From NCBI GenBank assembly GCA_965199495.1, contig CBDASK010000003.1, positions 864,001 to 928,000 of the forward strand: DNA of 64,000 bases, written 5' to 3'. A model generated the notes under the pieces. That model worked only from the letters and a program-made list of their open reading frames with translations. It did no database searches and was not told the origin of the DNA. Source of the stretch: Abditibacterium sp. (GTDB lineage Bacteria; Armatimonadota; Abditibacteriia; Abditibacteriales; Abditibacteriaceae). Below are positions 20,227-29,449 of this stretch, one piece after another. The translations under genes and the position numbers were made by a program. Numbering within the stretch: the stretch's first letter is position 1; every line of letters starts with the position of its first letter.

Positions 20227-23200
20227 CAGAGGGCGCTTCTCCACCCCAATCCGCAACACCTCGTCGCCAACTTTAACCTCGACCAATCCCGGATAATCCG
20301 CGTCAACCAACCTCAACTCGTCCGCCAACGTTTCGCGTTGCAAATAGTCGCCGAAATCCTCCAACACCGCCGCAAACCGCGATTCTTCGGGCGGCTCAAC
20401 AACTAAAATCGCGATCCGATCCGAAACTTCAAAGCCCGCGTCTTTGCGCGCTTGCTGCACGCCGCGCACCAAATCGCGCACCCAACCTTCGTCTTCCAAT
20501 TCGGGCGTCAAAGTCGTATCGAGGGCCACGCTCCAACCGTTTTCCGACGCGAACGAATAGCCCGATTGCTGCTGCGTTTCGACCAAAACTTCGTTCGCTT
20601 CCAGCGTCACCGTTTCGCCTTCCAACTCGATTTCGACGCTCTGCCCACTTTTCACCGCGTCGCCGATGCGCTTGGCCTCGGTCGCCGTGGCTCCTTCGAG
20701 CGCGCGGCGCAATGCGCCGACTTGTTTGCCGAATTTTTTGCCGACGACCGGCAAATTCGCTTTGAGCGAATACGAAACCAAATCGCCCGCGTCTTCGAGC
20801 AATTCGATCTCTTTCACGTTCAACTCGTCTAAAATCGTCTCACGCCACGCTTCGATACCGGCCCGACCAGCCACGTCCGGCGCCTGAATCATCGCTTTGG
20901 CGAGCGGCTGGCGCGCGCGAATCTTCGAGTCTTTGCGCGCCGATAATCCCAGCGAAACCGCTTGCAACACGCCCGCGACTTGCGCGACTAATTCGTCGTC
21001 GCGCAGATTTTCGTCAACGACCGGCCACGCGCACAGATGCACGCTTTCGGGCATATCCGAAAGTGGCGATGACAAATTGCGATAGATCGTTTCCGCCGTG
21101 AACGGGATAACCGGCGCGATCAACTTCGCCAGCGTCAAAAGCACATGATGCAGCGCGCGGTAAGCCTGCGCTTTGTCGGTGTCGCTGTCCGATTTCCAGA
21201 AGCGGCGGCGACTGCGGCGCACATACCAATTCGACAGATCATCTACGAACGACTCAATCGCCACGTTGATGCCCGACGGCGCCGTGTTCTCGATGGCCGA
21301 TGTCACGCCCACAACGCAGGTTTGCAGACGCGCCAGAATCCAGTTGTCGAGGATGTTTTCCGGCTTCAGTTCGCCCGTCAAATCGGGTTCGTCCAGATTG
21401 GCGTAAGTCACGAAGAACGAGTAAACGTTCCACAGAGTCAGCAACCGCTTCACGCTATCGCGGATCGGTTCGTAGCCGAAACGGATGTCGCGCGTGACCG
21501 TATTGGCCGCGAAAGTCCAACGCATCGGGTCGGCGCCGACGGTTTCGACGGCCTCATCATAAGGCACGCCGTTCTTCAACGTCTTGGAGATGCGCTCGCC
21601 GTTTTGGTCGAGCATCGTCTCGTAAACCATCGCTTTTTTATAAGGCGCGCGGTCTTCCAAAGCCACGCCCATCCACAGCATCGAGAAGAACCACAGCCGA
21701 ATCTGCTCGCGCATTTCGGTCACGAAATCCGCCGGTTGCCAGTCGCTTTTGTCGGCGATTTTCAGTTCCGGCATCCTTATATCGTCAGCGCCAAAATAGC
21801 CGACGGTGCTAAACGGCACGATGCCCGCGTCCAGCCACGCGTCGCCGACTTCGGGCACGCGCCGCAATTTCACCGTGCGGTCGTGATTCCAAATCTCGAT
21901 TTCGTCGATCCACGGGCGATGCAATTCGGGCAAAGCGTCCACGAGTTCCGGCTCGACGGCGCGCTCGCGCAGTTCGGCGCGGCTGCCGATGATTTCCCAG
22001 TTTTCGCCGTTTTCGTCCACATAAATTGGGAGCGGCAAACCCCAGAACCGTTTGCGCGAGATGTTCCAATCGCCCATGTTGAACAGCCAATTTTGCATCG
22101 CTTTACCGGCGTATTCGGGCACCCATTCGACCTTCGCCGCCGCCGCTTGCAGACGCGCGCGCGCCGGATTTGGCCCGGCGTCGGCGCGGATGAACCATTC
22201 TTTGGTCGCGTAAAAAATCAGCTCGTGCTTGCAGCGCCAGCAGTGCGGATACGAGTGCTTGTAACGCTGAATCCGATACAACCGCCCGCGCTTTTCGATG
22301 GCGTCGAAGATATGATCGATGTCGTTGCCGACGTTGCCCAGCGCGTCGTATTGCACCACGCCCGCCAGCCCCGCCAGTTCCGGCCCGCACTCCTCGCGGA
22401 AGTGCGCCGACGCCGTGACGGGCGCGATGAAACCCAAATTTTCGGCTTGCCCCAACTCGAAGTCGATGGCGCCACAACCCGGCGCGATATGAACGATGCC
22501 GGTGCCCTCTTCCTCGCTGACCCAATCGGCAGCCACGACGCGGCGTGGATGCGTCTGCTGGTTCTCGATTTGAAACGGAATATCGTCCATCGGCCCGCTA
22601 TAAGTCAGGCCGATTAGCTCGGCGCCGCTCAAAGTTCCGACGATTTCGTAGCCCGGTTTGAGCGCGGTTTTGGCCGTGCCTTCGCTCAAGATGTAGGTTT
22701 CGCCCTCCGACGTGGCTCGCACATAAGTCAAGGCGGGATTGACCGCCAGGGCGACGTTGGCGGTCAGCGTCCACGGCGTCGTCGTCCAGACCAGCAGCGA
22801 TTCATCGCGGTTGTCAATCGGCAATTGCACGTAAACGCTGCGATGGGTCACATCCTTATAAGCGTCGGCGCTTTCGTGCTGCGAGAGCGAAGTTTCGCAG
22901 CGCGGGCACCACGGCATCACGCGATAATCGGGCGCGAGCCAGCCTTGTTCGTGGCACTTGGCGAGGAAGCCCCAGATGCCTTCGATATTGGAATCGTCGT
23001 AGGTAAAATACGAGCGTTCCCAGTCCATCCACATCCCCAAACGGTTGGATTGGGCCGAGATGACGCGGGCGAACTCTTCGACGCGCGCGCGACAGGCGCG
23101 CGAAAAGTTGTCCATGCCGTAGTCGAGAATATCGGATTTGGTCTGAAATCCCAACTGTTTTTCGACTTCGACTTCGACCCACAACCCCTGACAATCGAAG

Positions 23201-23451
23201 CCGTTTTGCCAGCGCAAGCGGCGCCCGTTCATGGCGTGAAAGCGGTCGAAAATATCTTTATAAGTGCGGCCCCAGGCGTGATGCACGCCCATGCGATTGT
23301 TGGCCGTAATCGGCCCGTCCTGAAAGTTCCACGCGGGGCCGTGTTCGGTCTGCTCGCGTAGTTGGCGAAAAATCTCGCGCGTCTCCCAAAACTCTAAGAC
23401 CTGCTTTTCCAGGGTCGGATAATCGGGCACGCCGTCAAATGGTTCAAACAT
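20221..23451 (-). CDS. ileS: Isoleucine--tRNA ligase, type 2
   Basis: [50 protein letters not shown] and LSNWYVRRSRRRFW; IleRS2-type C-terminal domain. Confidence 0.97.
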   Translation of the reverse strand: MFEPFDGVPDYPTLEKQVLEFWETREIFRQLREQTEHGPAWNFQDGPITANNRMGVHHAWGRTYKDIFDRFHAMNGRRLRWQNGFDCQGLWVEVEVEKQLGFQTKSDILDYGMDNFSRACRARVEEFARVISAQSNRLGMWMDWERSYFTYDDSNIEGIWGFLAKCHEQGWLAPDYRVMPWCPRCETSLSQHESADAYKDVTHRSVYVQLPIDNRDESLLVWTTTPWTLTANVALAVNPALTYVRATSEGETYILSEGTAKTALKPGYEIVGTLSGAELIGLTYSGPMDDIPFQIENQQTHPRRVVAADWVSEEEGTGIVHIAPGCGAIDFELGQAENLGFIAPVTASAHFREECGPELAGLAGVVQYDALGNVGNDIDHIFDAIEKRGRLYRIQRYKHSYPHCWRCKHELIFYATKEWFIRADAGPNPARARLQAAAAKVEWVPEYAGKAMQNWLFNMGDWNISRKRFWGLPLPIYVDENGENWEIIGSRAELRERAVEPELVDALPELHRPWIDEIEIWNHDRTVKLRRVPEVGDAWLDAGIVPFSTVGYFGADDIRMPELKIADKSDWQPADFVTEMREQIRLWFFSMLWMGVALEDRAPYKKAMVYETMLDQNGERISKTLKNGVPYDEAVETVGADPMRWTFAANTVTRDIRFGYEPIRDSVKRLLTLWNVYSFFVTYANLDEPDLTGELKPENILDNWILARLQTCVVGVTSAIENTAPSGINVAIESFVDDLSNWYVRRSRRRFWKSDSDTDKAQAYRALHHVLLTLAKLIAPVIPFTAETIYRNLSSPLSDMPESVHLCAWPVVDENLRDDELVAQVAGVLQAVSLGLSARKDSKIRARQPLAKAMIQAPDVAGRAGIEAWRETILDELNVKEIELLEDAGDLVSYSLKANLPVVGKKFGKQVGALRRALEGATATEAKRIGDAVKSGQSVEIELEGETVTLEANEVLVETQQQSGYSFASENGWSVALDTTLTPELEDEGWVRDLVRGVQQARKDAGFEVSDRIAILVVEPPEESRFAAVLEDFGDYLQRETLADELRLVDADYPGLVEVKVGDEVLRIGVEKRPLP

Positions 23452-23630
23452 GATGTCGCAGTAGATTTTACGATATTAAGGCGGGAGCGTTCGATTCGGA
23501 CAGCGTGTAGCTGACTATTTTGGTGTTTACAAACCTCGCGTTTTGCCGTATTGAAAAGTTTGCGGTAAAATTATGGGCGTCCTGCGGCGTTGTTCCGCGA
23601 ACAAGATCAAAGTGTTGAGTTTCAATCGAA

Positions 23631-24029
23631 ATGACAAGAGAAAAACCACTCTCAAGCAAACAAGTATCTGAACTTGAAACCGCAAAACGCAGTAAATTTG
23701 TGGTGCAAACTCCGAGTAATGACAAGGTTTACGACGCATACTTCAACTGGTGTGAATCCGTAGATAGACCGTTCGTCAAAATCCGCAAGAGGGTAAAATA
23801 TGCTCGTATCCAAATAGATATGTTACCGACGCGCGTTAAATTGAACCAACTCGGTCAAGACCAAATAGAGGCGTTGTTTCGTGATTTTGAACCTCAAGGA
23901 GTCAAAGGAATTCAAGAAGGCGTCGGCAGTGAAATTTGCTTTATAGATGGGGTGCCGAGCAGCGAAGCAGAGGGAATTGCGGAGAACTTGTTATCTATAG
24001 CAATTAATCCAGCACACCTTGAGAACTGA
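23631..24029 (+). CDS. Hypothetical protein (low-GC)
   Basis: 132-aa ORF with AT-richer codon usage. Confidence 0.55.
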   Translation: MTREKPLSSKQVSELETAKRSKFVVQTPSNDKVYDAYFNWCESVDRPFVKIRKRVKYARIQIDMLPTRVKLNQLGQDQIEALFRDFEPQGVKGIQEGVGSEICFIDGVPSSEAEGIAENLLSIAINPAHLEN

Positions 24030-24081
24030 CACAAGGCAGGAGATGCGACATAGAAGTTGATAATGGGGAAAATCCACTACC

Positions 24082-24690
24082 ATGAAAATTTTCAATCTCT
24101 TAAACTTGAGCAGTGCAATTTTTATTGTTCTGGTGTGTTCCGGTTGCGCTAATACAGACCAAGACAGCCAACTGGCCAACGTCGCGGTCGCGGCGAGGCC
24201 GACATCCAAGCCAACACCAACGCCAAAACCCGCGCCGACGCCAACGCCAACCCCCACTCCAACACGAGCGGAGCGACGCAGAGAGGCAAGGAAGCAAGCC
24301 AGTGCAGAAAGGCAAGTCAGAAGGGAAAAGGCAAGAGAAGAAGCGCGTGCCAGAGATAATATCGCTTTCGATGTTCCCGCGTTAATTGGAAAAACCATTG
24401 AACAAGTCCAGACCAATTTGGGGCCGGTCGAAGATAGTGGCCCCGGAGACGATGACGGCGAAATGTCATGGTCAAAGAGTAAGGGAGCGTTATTGGTTCA
24501 CTATGACACGTCCAGCCGACTAACGACCAGCTTCTTTGTCAACGACCAATATGGTCAGCCATTGACCGACAAAAACCAATTTCTTGCAATGGGCAACTTA
24601 CGAGAGAATGACCCGCGTTATACCCTTGAATTCGTTCCCCTTGCGGGTTCGATGACCGAGTGGATGGGCGTGAGAGTCATTCCTAATTGA
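24082..24690 (+). CDS. Putative lipoprotein with Pro/Thr linker
   Basis: Hydrophobic N-terminus ending VCSGC, (PT)n tract and a charged helix. Confidence 0.7.
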   Translation: MKIFNLLNLSSAIFIVLVCSGCANTDQDSQLANVAVAARPTSKPTPTPKPAPTPTPTPTPTRAERRREARKQASAERQVRREKAREEARARDNIAFDVPALIGKTIEQVQTNLGPVEDSGPGDDDGEMSWSKSKGALLVHYDTSSRLTTSFFVNDQYGQPLTDKNQFLAMGNLRENDPRYTLEFVPLAGSMTEWMGVRVIPN

Positions 24691-24799
24691 GAGTGACGCA
24701 AAACTCCGCATCAAATCCCAAAAAGCAGTCCAAAGTCGTGTGATTGCGCGCAACTTGACCTGTGTTGCGTTTGTTGCATTCCTACTGAGAACATCAAAA

Positions 24800-25444
24800 A
24801 TGAACAAATTGATAAATATTGCTTTGATAGCATTCGCCTTCTTGGGGCTTATCACATCCGCGAAAGCAAACCCATCAGCACAAAGTTACATCGAGAAATT
24901 CACGACTCTTGATCGCAATCTTGCGCAAGCGTGGAAACCTTTATGGAATGACGTAACCTACGCATACAATCCTTACACTCCTCCAGAACGGGAAATCAAT
25001 CGCAAGATGAATTTAATGGAGATGGTTGGTGGCTTGGATTTCGAGACCAGTCAAGCGTGGTTCCGAGAGCGCGATCAAGCACGGCAGAAATTCTTAAATT
25101 CTCCCGCAGGGAAATCTTGGGTCAGCAAACGAGCAACAGCAAGAAAAGCCCTCAATAAAAATTTCCCGCAACGTGTTGCCGCACTACGGCGACTTAACCT
25201 TCGTCTCCGCAGCATTTCTCCAGTTCCTAATTCTTTGCGTGAAGCCGATCATTACGTCACGGAATACAGTCTGAATTTTGATGGTTTGATAAACCTCATG
25301 AAAAAGGCTGTTAGCACCAGTTCCACTGATGTTTACGGATTAGAGGAACAAGCGCAGGCAGCCAGTAGAAACTACAATGCAGCCGTAAATGAAATGGCGA
25401 GATATAAAGCTATCCCACGTAATAAAGTCTATATCGAAGGATAA
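24800..25444 (+). CDS. Putative secreted hypothetical protein
   Basis: MNKLINIALIAFAFLGLITSAKA signal peptide. Confidence 0.65.
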   Translation: MNKLINIALIAFAFLGLITSAKANPSAQSYIEKFTTLDRNLAQAWKPLWNDVTYAYNPYTPPEREINRKMNLMEMVGGLDFETSQAWFRERDQARQKFLNSPAGKSWVSKRATARKALNKNFPQRVAALRRLNLRLRSISPVPNSLREADHYVTEYSLNFDGLINLMKKAVSTSSTDVYGLEEQAQAASRNYNAAVNEMARYKAIPRNKVYIEG

Positions 25445-25464
25445 ACCGCCAATATTCACGAACC

Positions 25465-25804
25465 AAAAAGCGCGCGTTGCCTTTCGGCAACGCGCGCTTT
25501 TGCTTGCGGGGCGCACACGCTCGCGCGCGGCGCTCGCGCCGACGCTTTCGCTTTACGCTTGCGTGGTGACGCTAAAGACGGGCGAAGTGTTGCCATACGC
25601 GTGGACGCCATCGGAGTAGCGGATGCGATATTTGCGGGCTTCGGGGCGACCCGGCACGAGGTTTTCGCGCGAGTCGGGGTTGTGGGCCGCCGACGACTTT
25701 GTCCAACATCGAGAAGTCGGTTTCGGCGCCGCGACGGCTTTCCACGATGACCTGTTTGGCGCCGTTCTGCGCGAAAAACAGCGTGATGACACCGCCGGGC
25801 GCGG
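25465..25804. repeat. Direct repeat R1: terminator hairpin plus decayed 3' end of a minus-strand gene
   Basis: Starts AAAAAGCGCGCGTTGCCTTTCGGCAACGCGCGCTTTT; the minus strand encodes frameshifted QNGAKQVIVESRRGAETDFSMLDKVVG / DSRENLVPGRPEARKYRIRYSDGVHAYGNTSPVFSVTTQA*. Confidence 0.9.
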
Positions 25805-25824
25805 CCTCCGATTATACTTATCGA

Positions 25825-26010
25825 GTGAAAATCAAGGAAATAATCGAGGTCATTGAAGATGACGGTTGGCGGCAGGTTCGCATGAAAGGGAGCCATCGCC
25901 AGTTTCATCATCCGATCAAATCGGGCACCGTGACCGTGTCGGGAAAGATGAGCCTTGATATTCCACCAGGCACGCTTAACAGCATCTACAAACAGGCTGG
26001 ATTAAAATAG
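25825..26010 (+). CDS. hicA: HicA-family mRNA interferase toxin
   Basis: DGWRQVRMKGSHRQFHHP..VTV..DIPPGTLNSIYKQAGL; GTG start. Confidence 0.9.
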   Translation: MKIKEIIEVIEDDGWRQVRMKGSHRQFHHPIKSGTVTVSGKMSLDIPPGTLNSIYKQAGLK

Positions 26011-26018
26011 GAAAAACC

Positions 26019-26231
26019 ATGCAATATACCGTCATTTACGAGAGAGGAGAAACCAGCATCGGCGCTTATGTGCCTGATTTGCCGGGTTGCATCGCAGTCG
26101 GCGAAACCAAGGCCGAGGTGCAACAACTCATTCGCGAAGCCATCGAGTTTCATCTGGAAGGCATGAGGGAAGAAGGCTTGACTATTCCAGAGCCAGCTTC
26201 CATCAGCGAATTAGTCGAAGTTGCCGCTTAG
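26019..26231 (+). CDS. hicB: HicB-family antitoxin (short form)
   Basis: AYVPDLPGCIAVGET..EAIEFHLEGM..IPEP. Confidence 0.9.
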   Translation: MQYTVIYERGETSIGAYVPDLPGCIAVGETKAEVQQLIREAIEFHLEGMREEGLTIPEPASISELVEVAA

Positions 26232-26263
26232 TGATCGGACGACGTTTTCACGTCAATTCAACA

Positions 26264-26659
26264 AAAAAGCGCGCGTTGCCTTTGGGCAACGCGCGCTTTT
26301 GCTTGCGAAACGCACACGCTCGCGCGCGGCGCGCGCCCCGACGCTTTCGCTTCCCGCTTGCGTGGTGACGCTAAAGACGGGCGAAGTGTTGCCAACCGCA
26401 TCGGGCCATCGGAGTAGCGGATGCGAGTTTCGCGCAAACGGGGCGGCCCGGCACGAGGTTTTCGCGCGAGTCGGGGTTGCGGGCCGCCGATGGTGGAGCG
26501 AACATCGAGCATTCGGTTGCGGCGCCGCGATGGATTAGGGCGATGTTCTGTTGGGCGCCGTCAAGGGCGAAAACGGCGTGATGACACCGCCGGGCGCGGA
26601 CTCGAATCGGGTGATGAGCGCGCTGTCGTAGGACGTGGCTGCTGTGGGGAGCAAGTTGC
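26264..26659. repeat. Direct repeat R2
   Basis: Diverged copy of R1/R3 beginning with the same hairpin. Confidence 0.9.
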
Positions 26660-26741
26660 TTCGGGGGCAATCCTCGTTAATCTCCGAACCCAGACTCTTC
26701 AGAGAAAAAAACTCTCAAAAGTGGTATAATTGAAGTCTATT

Positions 26742-27362
26742 ATGGCAATTTTAGAGTCTCCGGTGCGGCCTGCGCTTTCTCGCGTCGAGCCGATTTACGA
26801 TGCGATGCTTTTGCCCAATCGCGTCAAGTGGACGCGCGCAGAGTTCGCGCAGCTTGACGATAGAGGCGAGCGCTACGAATTAATTTATGGGGAGTTGGTA
26901 AAGAAAATGAGCATGAACGGGCCACACGCGGTTGTCGTTGACTTGCTGGGCGGCGCGCTCAAACAAGTTTTTATGGTCGGCTTTGCCGTGCGGATGCAAC
27001 TGCCGATGGCAGTCAGCGAAACCTCGCAACCCGAACCGGACGGCTTAGTTGTCGAGGGCAAATCGCGCGATTTTCTCGCGGATCATCCCGCCACAGCCGC
27101 GCTCGCTGTCGAGGTTTCCGATTCGACTTTAGCCACCGATTTAGGCGTCAAAGTCGCGCTCTACGCGCAAGCCAATGTCGCCGAATACTGGGTTATTGAT
27201 ATTAACGCGCGCACATTGCACGTCTATCGCACGCCAATTAGCTCGCCCGCCCTGCCCAACGGTTACGGCTACCAAAACATTTCACTGCTCAACGATACCG
27301 ACAGCGTGTCACCTCTTGCGGCGCCGCAAAGCTCGATTCTCATCGCCGATTTGCTGCCCTGA
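26742..27362 (+). CDS. Uma2-family (PD-(D/E)XK) endonuclease
   Basis: RYELIYGELV, QPEPDG, LAVEVSDSTL..D..K..LYAQANVAEYWVID; extended -10 TGGTATAAT at 26722. Confidence 0.88.
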   Translation: MAILESPVRPALSRVEPIYDAMLLPNRVKWTRAEFAQLDDRGERYELIYGELVKKMSMNGPHAVVVDLLGGALKQVFMVGFAVRMQLPMAVSETSQPEPDGLVVEGKSRDFLADHPATAALAVEVSDSTLATDLGVKVALYAQANVAEYWVIDINARTLHVYRTPISSPALPNGYGYQNISLLNDTDSVSPLAAPQSSILIADLLP

Positions 27363-27380
27363 AAGATGCCCTGTTGCCAT

Positions 27381-27796
27381 AAAAAGCGCGCGTTGCCTTT
27401 CGGCAACGCGCGCTTTTGCTTTGCGAAACGCACGTGCTCGCGCGCGGCGCTCGCGCCGACGCCTTCGCTTCACGCTTTACGCTTTCCGCTTGCGTGGTGA
27501 CGCTAAAGACGGGCGAAGTGTTGCCAGATGCGTGGACGCCATCGGAAGTGCGGATGCGATATTCGCGCGCAAACGGGGCGGCCCAGCACGAGGTTTTCGC
27601 GCGAGTCGGGGTTGCGGGCCGCCGATGGTGGAGCGAACATCGAGAAGTCGGTTGCGGCGCAGCGACGGCTGGGGGCGATGTTCTGTTGGGCGCCGTCAAG
27701 GGCGAAAAACAGCGGAATGAGACTGTCAGGCGCGGACTCGAATCGCGTGATGAGCGCGCTGCCGCAGGACGTGGCTGCTCTTGGGAACGAGTTTGC
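27381..27796. repeat. Direct repeat R3
   Basis: Diverged copy of R1/R2. Confidence 0.9.
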
Positions 27797-27811
27797 GTTA
27801 TGCTTTGACGC

Positions 27812-28369
27812 GTGCCAGATATTTATCTCATCGGCGGGCCAAACGGCGCTGGGAAAACCACGACGGCGTTGCGAATCTTTCCGGCGTTGGGTGTAACGCA
27901 TTTCATTAACGCCGATGCCATAGCTCAGGGAATTTCGCCGCTCGACGTTGCGGGTGCGGCGCGCGCAGCGGGACGATTGATGATCGAACAGATGGAAACG
28001 CGTTTAGGAAATGGTGATGATTTCGCGCTCGAATCCACTTTGGCCTCGCGTTCGCTGGCGCCTTTTATCAGGCGTTGCAAAGACGCGGGTTATAATTTCG
28101 TATTGTTCTACGTTTGGCTGCGCGACGCAGATTTGGCGGTGCAGCGCGTGGCGCAACGTGTGGAGAGTGGCGGGCATGATATTCCAGACGATGTGATTCG
28201 GCGACGCTACGAACGTGGACGACGCAACTTCTTCGAGTTGTATCAGCCTCTGGCAGACGAATGGTCGGTGTGGAATAATTCGGGCCAAGACTCCGTTGAA
28301 ATTGCGCGTGGCACGCTTGGAATGGAAGAAACTTTGCAACCTGATGTTTGGGCAAACATCTCAAATTAA
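27812..28369 (+). CDS. Zeta-toxin-like P-loop ATPase/kinase
   Basis: IGGPNGAGKTT, FINADAIA, FALESTL and RVAQRVESGGHDIP..IRRRY. Confidence 0.85.
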   Translation: MPDIYLIGGPNGAGKTTTALRIFPALGVTHFINADAIAQGISPLDVAGAARAAGRLMIEQMETRLGNGDDFALESTLASRSLAPFIRRCKDAGYNFVLFYVWLRDADLAVQRVAQRVESGGHDIPDDVIRRRYERGRRNFFELYQPLADEWSVWNNSGQDSVEIARGTLGMEETLQPDVWANISN

Positions 28370-28373
28370 ACCA

Positions 28374-28574
28374 ATGCAAATCGTAACACCAAACAACAAG
28401 TTGGACATCGCTGCCGTAGCTTTTAAAGAAGCCGTCGCCGATGCAATCGAAACGCACCGGCGCATGGGACGCTCGATTGTGGTTTCGCGCGATGGCGTCG
28501 TGACGCGCGTGCGGCCCAGCGAAATCACGCCGCGCGCTTTGCCTCACGACGAGCGTGAAGCGCAAATGAAATAA
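28374..28574 (+). CDS. Small partner protein of the zeta-like ATPase (putative antitoxin)
   Basis: 66 aa, AVADAIETHRRMGRSIVVSRDGVV; directly downstream of the ATPase; paralogue at 34636. Confidence 0.7.
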   Translation: MQIVTPNNKLDIAAVAFKEAVADAIETHRRMGRSIVVSRDGVVTRVRPSEITPRALPHDEREAQMK

Positions 28575-28594
28575 TGGCGTTTCTTCTCGTTAAT

Positions 28595-28632
28595 AAAAAG
28601 CGCGCGTTGCCTTTCGGCGACGCGCGCTTTTT
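28595..28632. terminator. R-family hairpin (R4, hairpin only)
   Basis: AAAAAGCGCGCGTTGCCTTTCGGCGACGCGCGCTTTTT. Confidence 0.85.
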
Positions 28633-28677
28633 AATTGGGATTTGAGCAGCAAAAATCTTGATCTGCGGATCAAATAA

Positions 28678-28784
28678 GCGACGTTGGCCGTCAAAGTCCA
28701 CGGCGTCGTCGTCCAGACCAGCAGCGATTCATCGCTATTGTCAAGCGGCAATTGCACGTAAACGCTGCGATGGGTGACATCCTT
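28678..28784 (-). pseudogene. 107-bp fragment of a diverged ileS allele
   Basis: Matches 22751-22857 with 7 mismatches; encodes [36 protein letters not shown]. Confidence 0.9.
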
Positions 28785-28874
28785 TGTGGAAACATTTCGG
28801 TCGTCAAAATCGAGCGCACCAGTGCATTGTAGTCGGCGTGGCTCTCCAGCAACACCGTTTTAAGCTGTTGACTG

Positions 28875-29140
28875 TTAGGCCCGCGCTTTGAGCGCCTTGT
28901 TCATTTCGTCGAAGCCACGCCGAGTGTCTGCATCCATACTGCGGGCGAAAAGGGGCACAAGAAGTCCGCTAAACTTCTCGCTTTGAGTGAAACGCACCCT
29001 GTTTTGATCCCCCGGCTCCAACGCAAAGCTGTGTTCGCCATCGAATATCTTCGGAAGCAACAAGCGGCCCAGCCACCGCATTTTCCGGTCGGCGCGGACT
29101 TTGAGCAACACCGGACGAAACGTTATCGCGCGTTTGCCGG
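28875..29140 (-). pseudogene. 5'-truncated SRPBCC/polyketide cyclase-like gene
   Basis: ITFRPVLLKV..LRW-like..FDGEHSF..QSEKFSGLLVP..GFDEMNKALKARA; the N-terminal half is missing. Confidence 0.65.
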
Positions 29141-29449
29141 ACGCTCTCGCTGCTCCTGCGTGATTTTAGACTTCGGTAAACGCGCTAATACGCCGCACGC
29201 GATTATTGCTAATTTTGGTAAAATCGCGCATGGACTCAGACGACGTGGCTGCATCGCGGGAAGTCACGGCGGAAACTCTCTCGTAAGGTTTCCACGCCAG
29301 TTCCCAAAGGGTTGCGCGGGTGAAATGGCTAAATCGAAGCGAATAACGTGCATCTTTGGGGAGGAAATCCCTTGAATTATTGAGAATCGCTGGGGTGGCA
29401 CTCGCTTTGATGAACGAGTGAGCGGCCAAAAAGCCAAAGGAAAAATAAC

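Noticed and set aside
21145..22617. Long antisense ORFs (for example 490 aa opposite ileS, and 1548-2441, 46743-47675)
   Set aside because: Shadow ORFs of GC-rich coding strands with no recognisable motifs.
23452..23630. T-box riboswitch upstream of ileS
   Set aside because: Only a weak CGCGGAACAACG resemblance on the minus strand; no convincing stem I or terminator.
25465..28632. CRISPR array or classical integron
   Set aside because: Repeats are hundreds of bp long with gene-sized spacers; no cas or intI genes; no attC RYYYAAC/GTTRRRY ends seen.
29255..29320. Riboswitch-like hairpin upstream of the DUF892 gene
   Set aside because: A single stem (GGAAAC...GTTTCC) lacking the conserved motifs of c-di-GMP, SAM or Moco aptamers.
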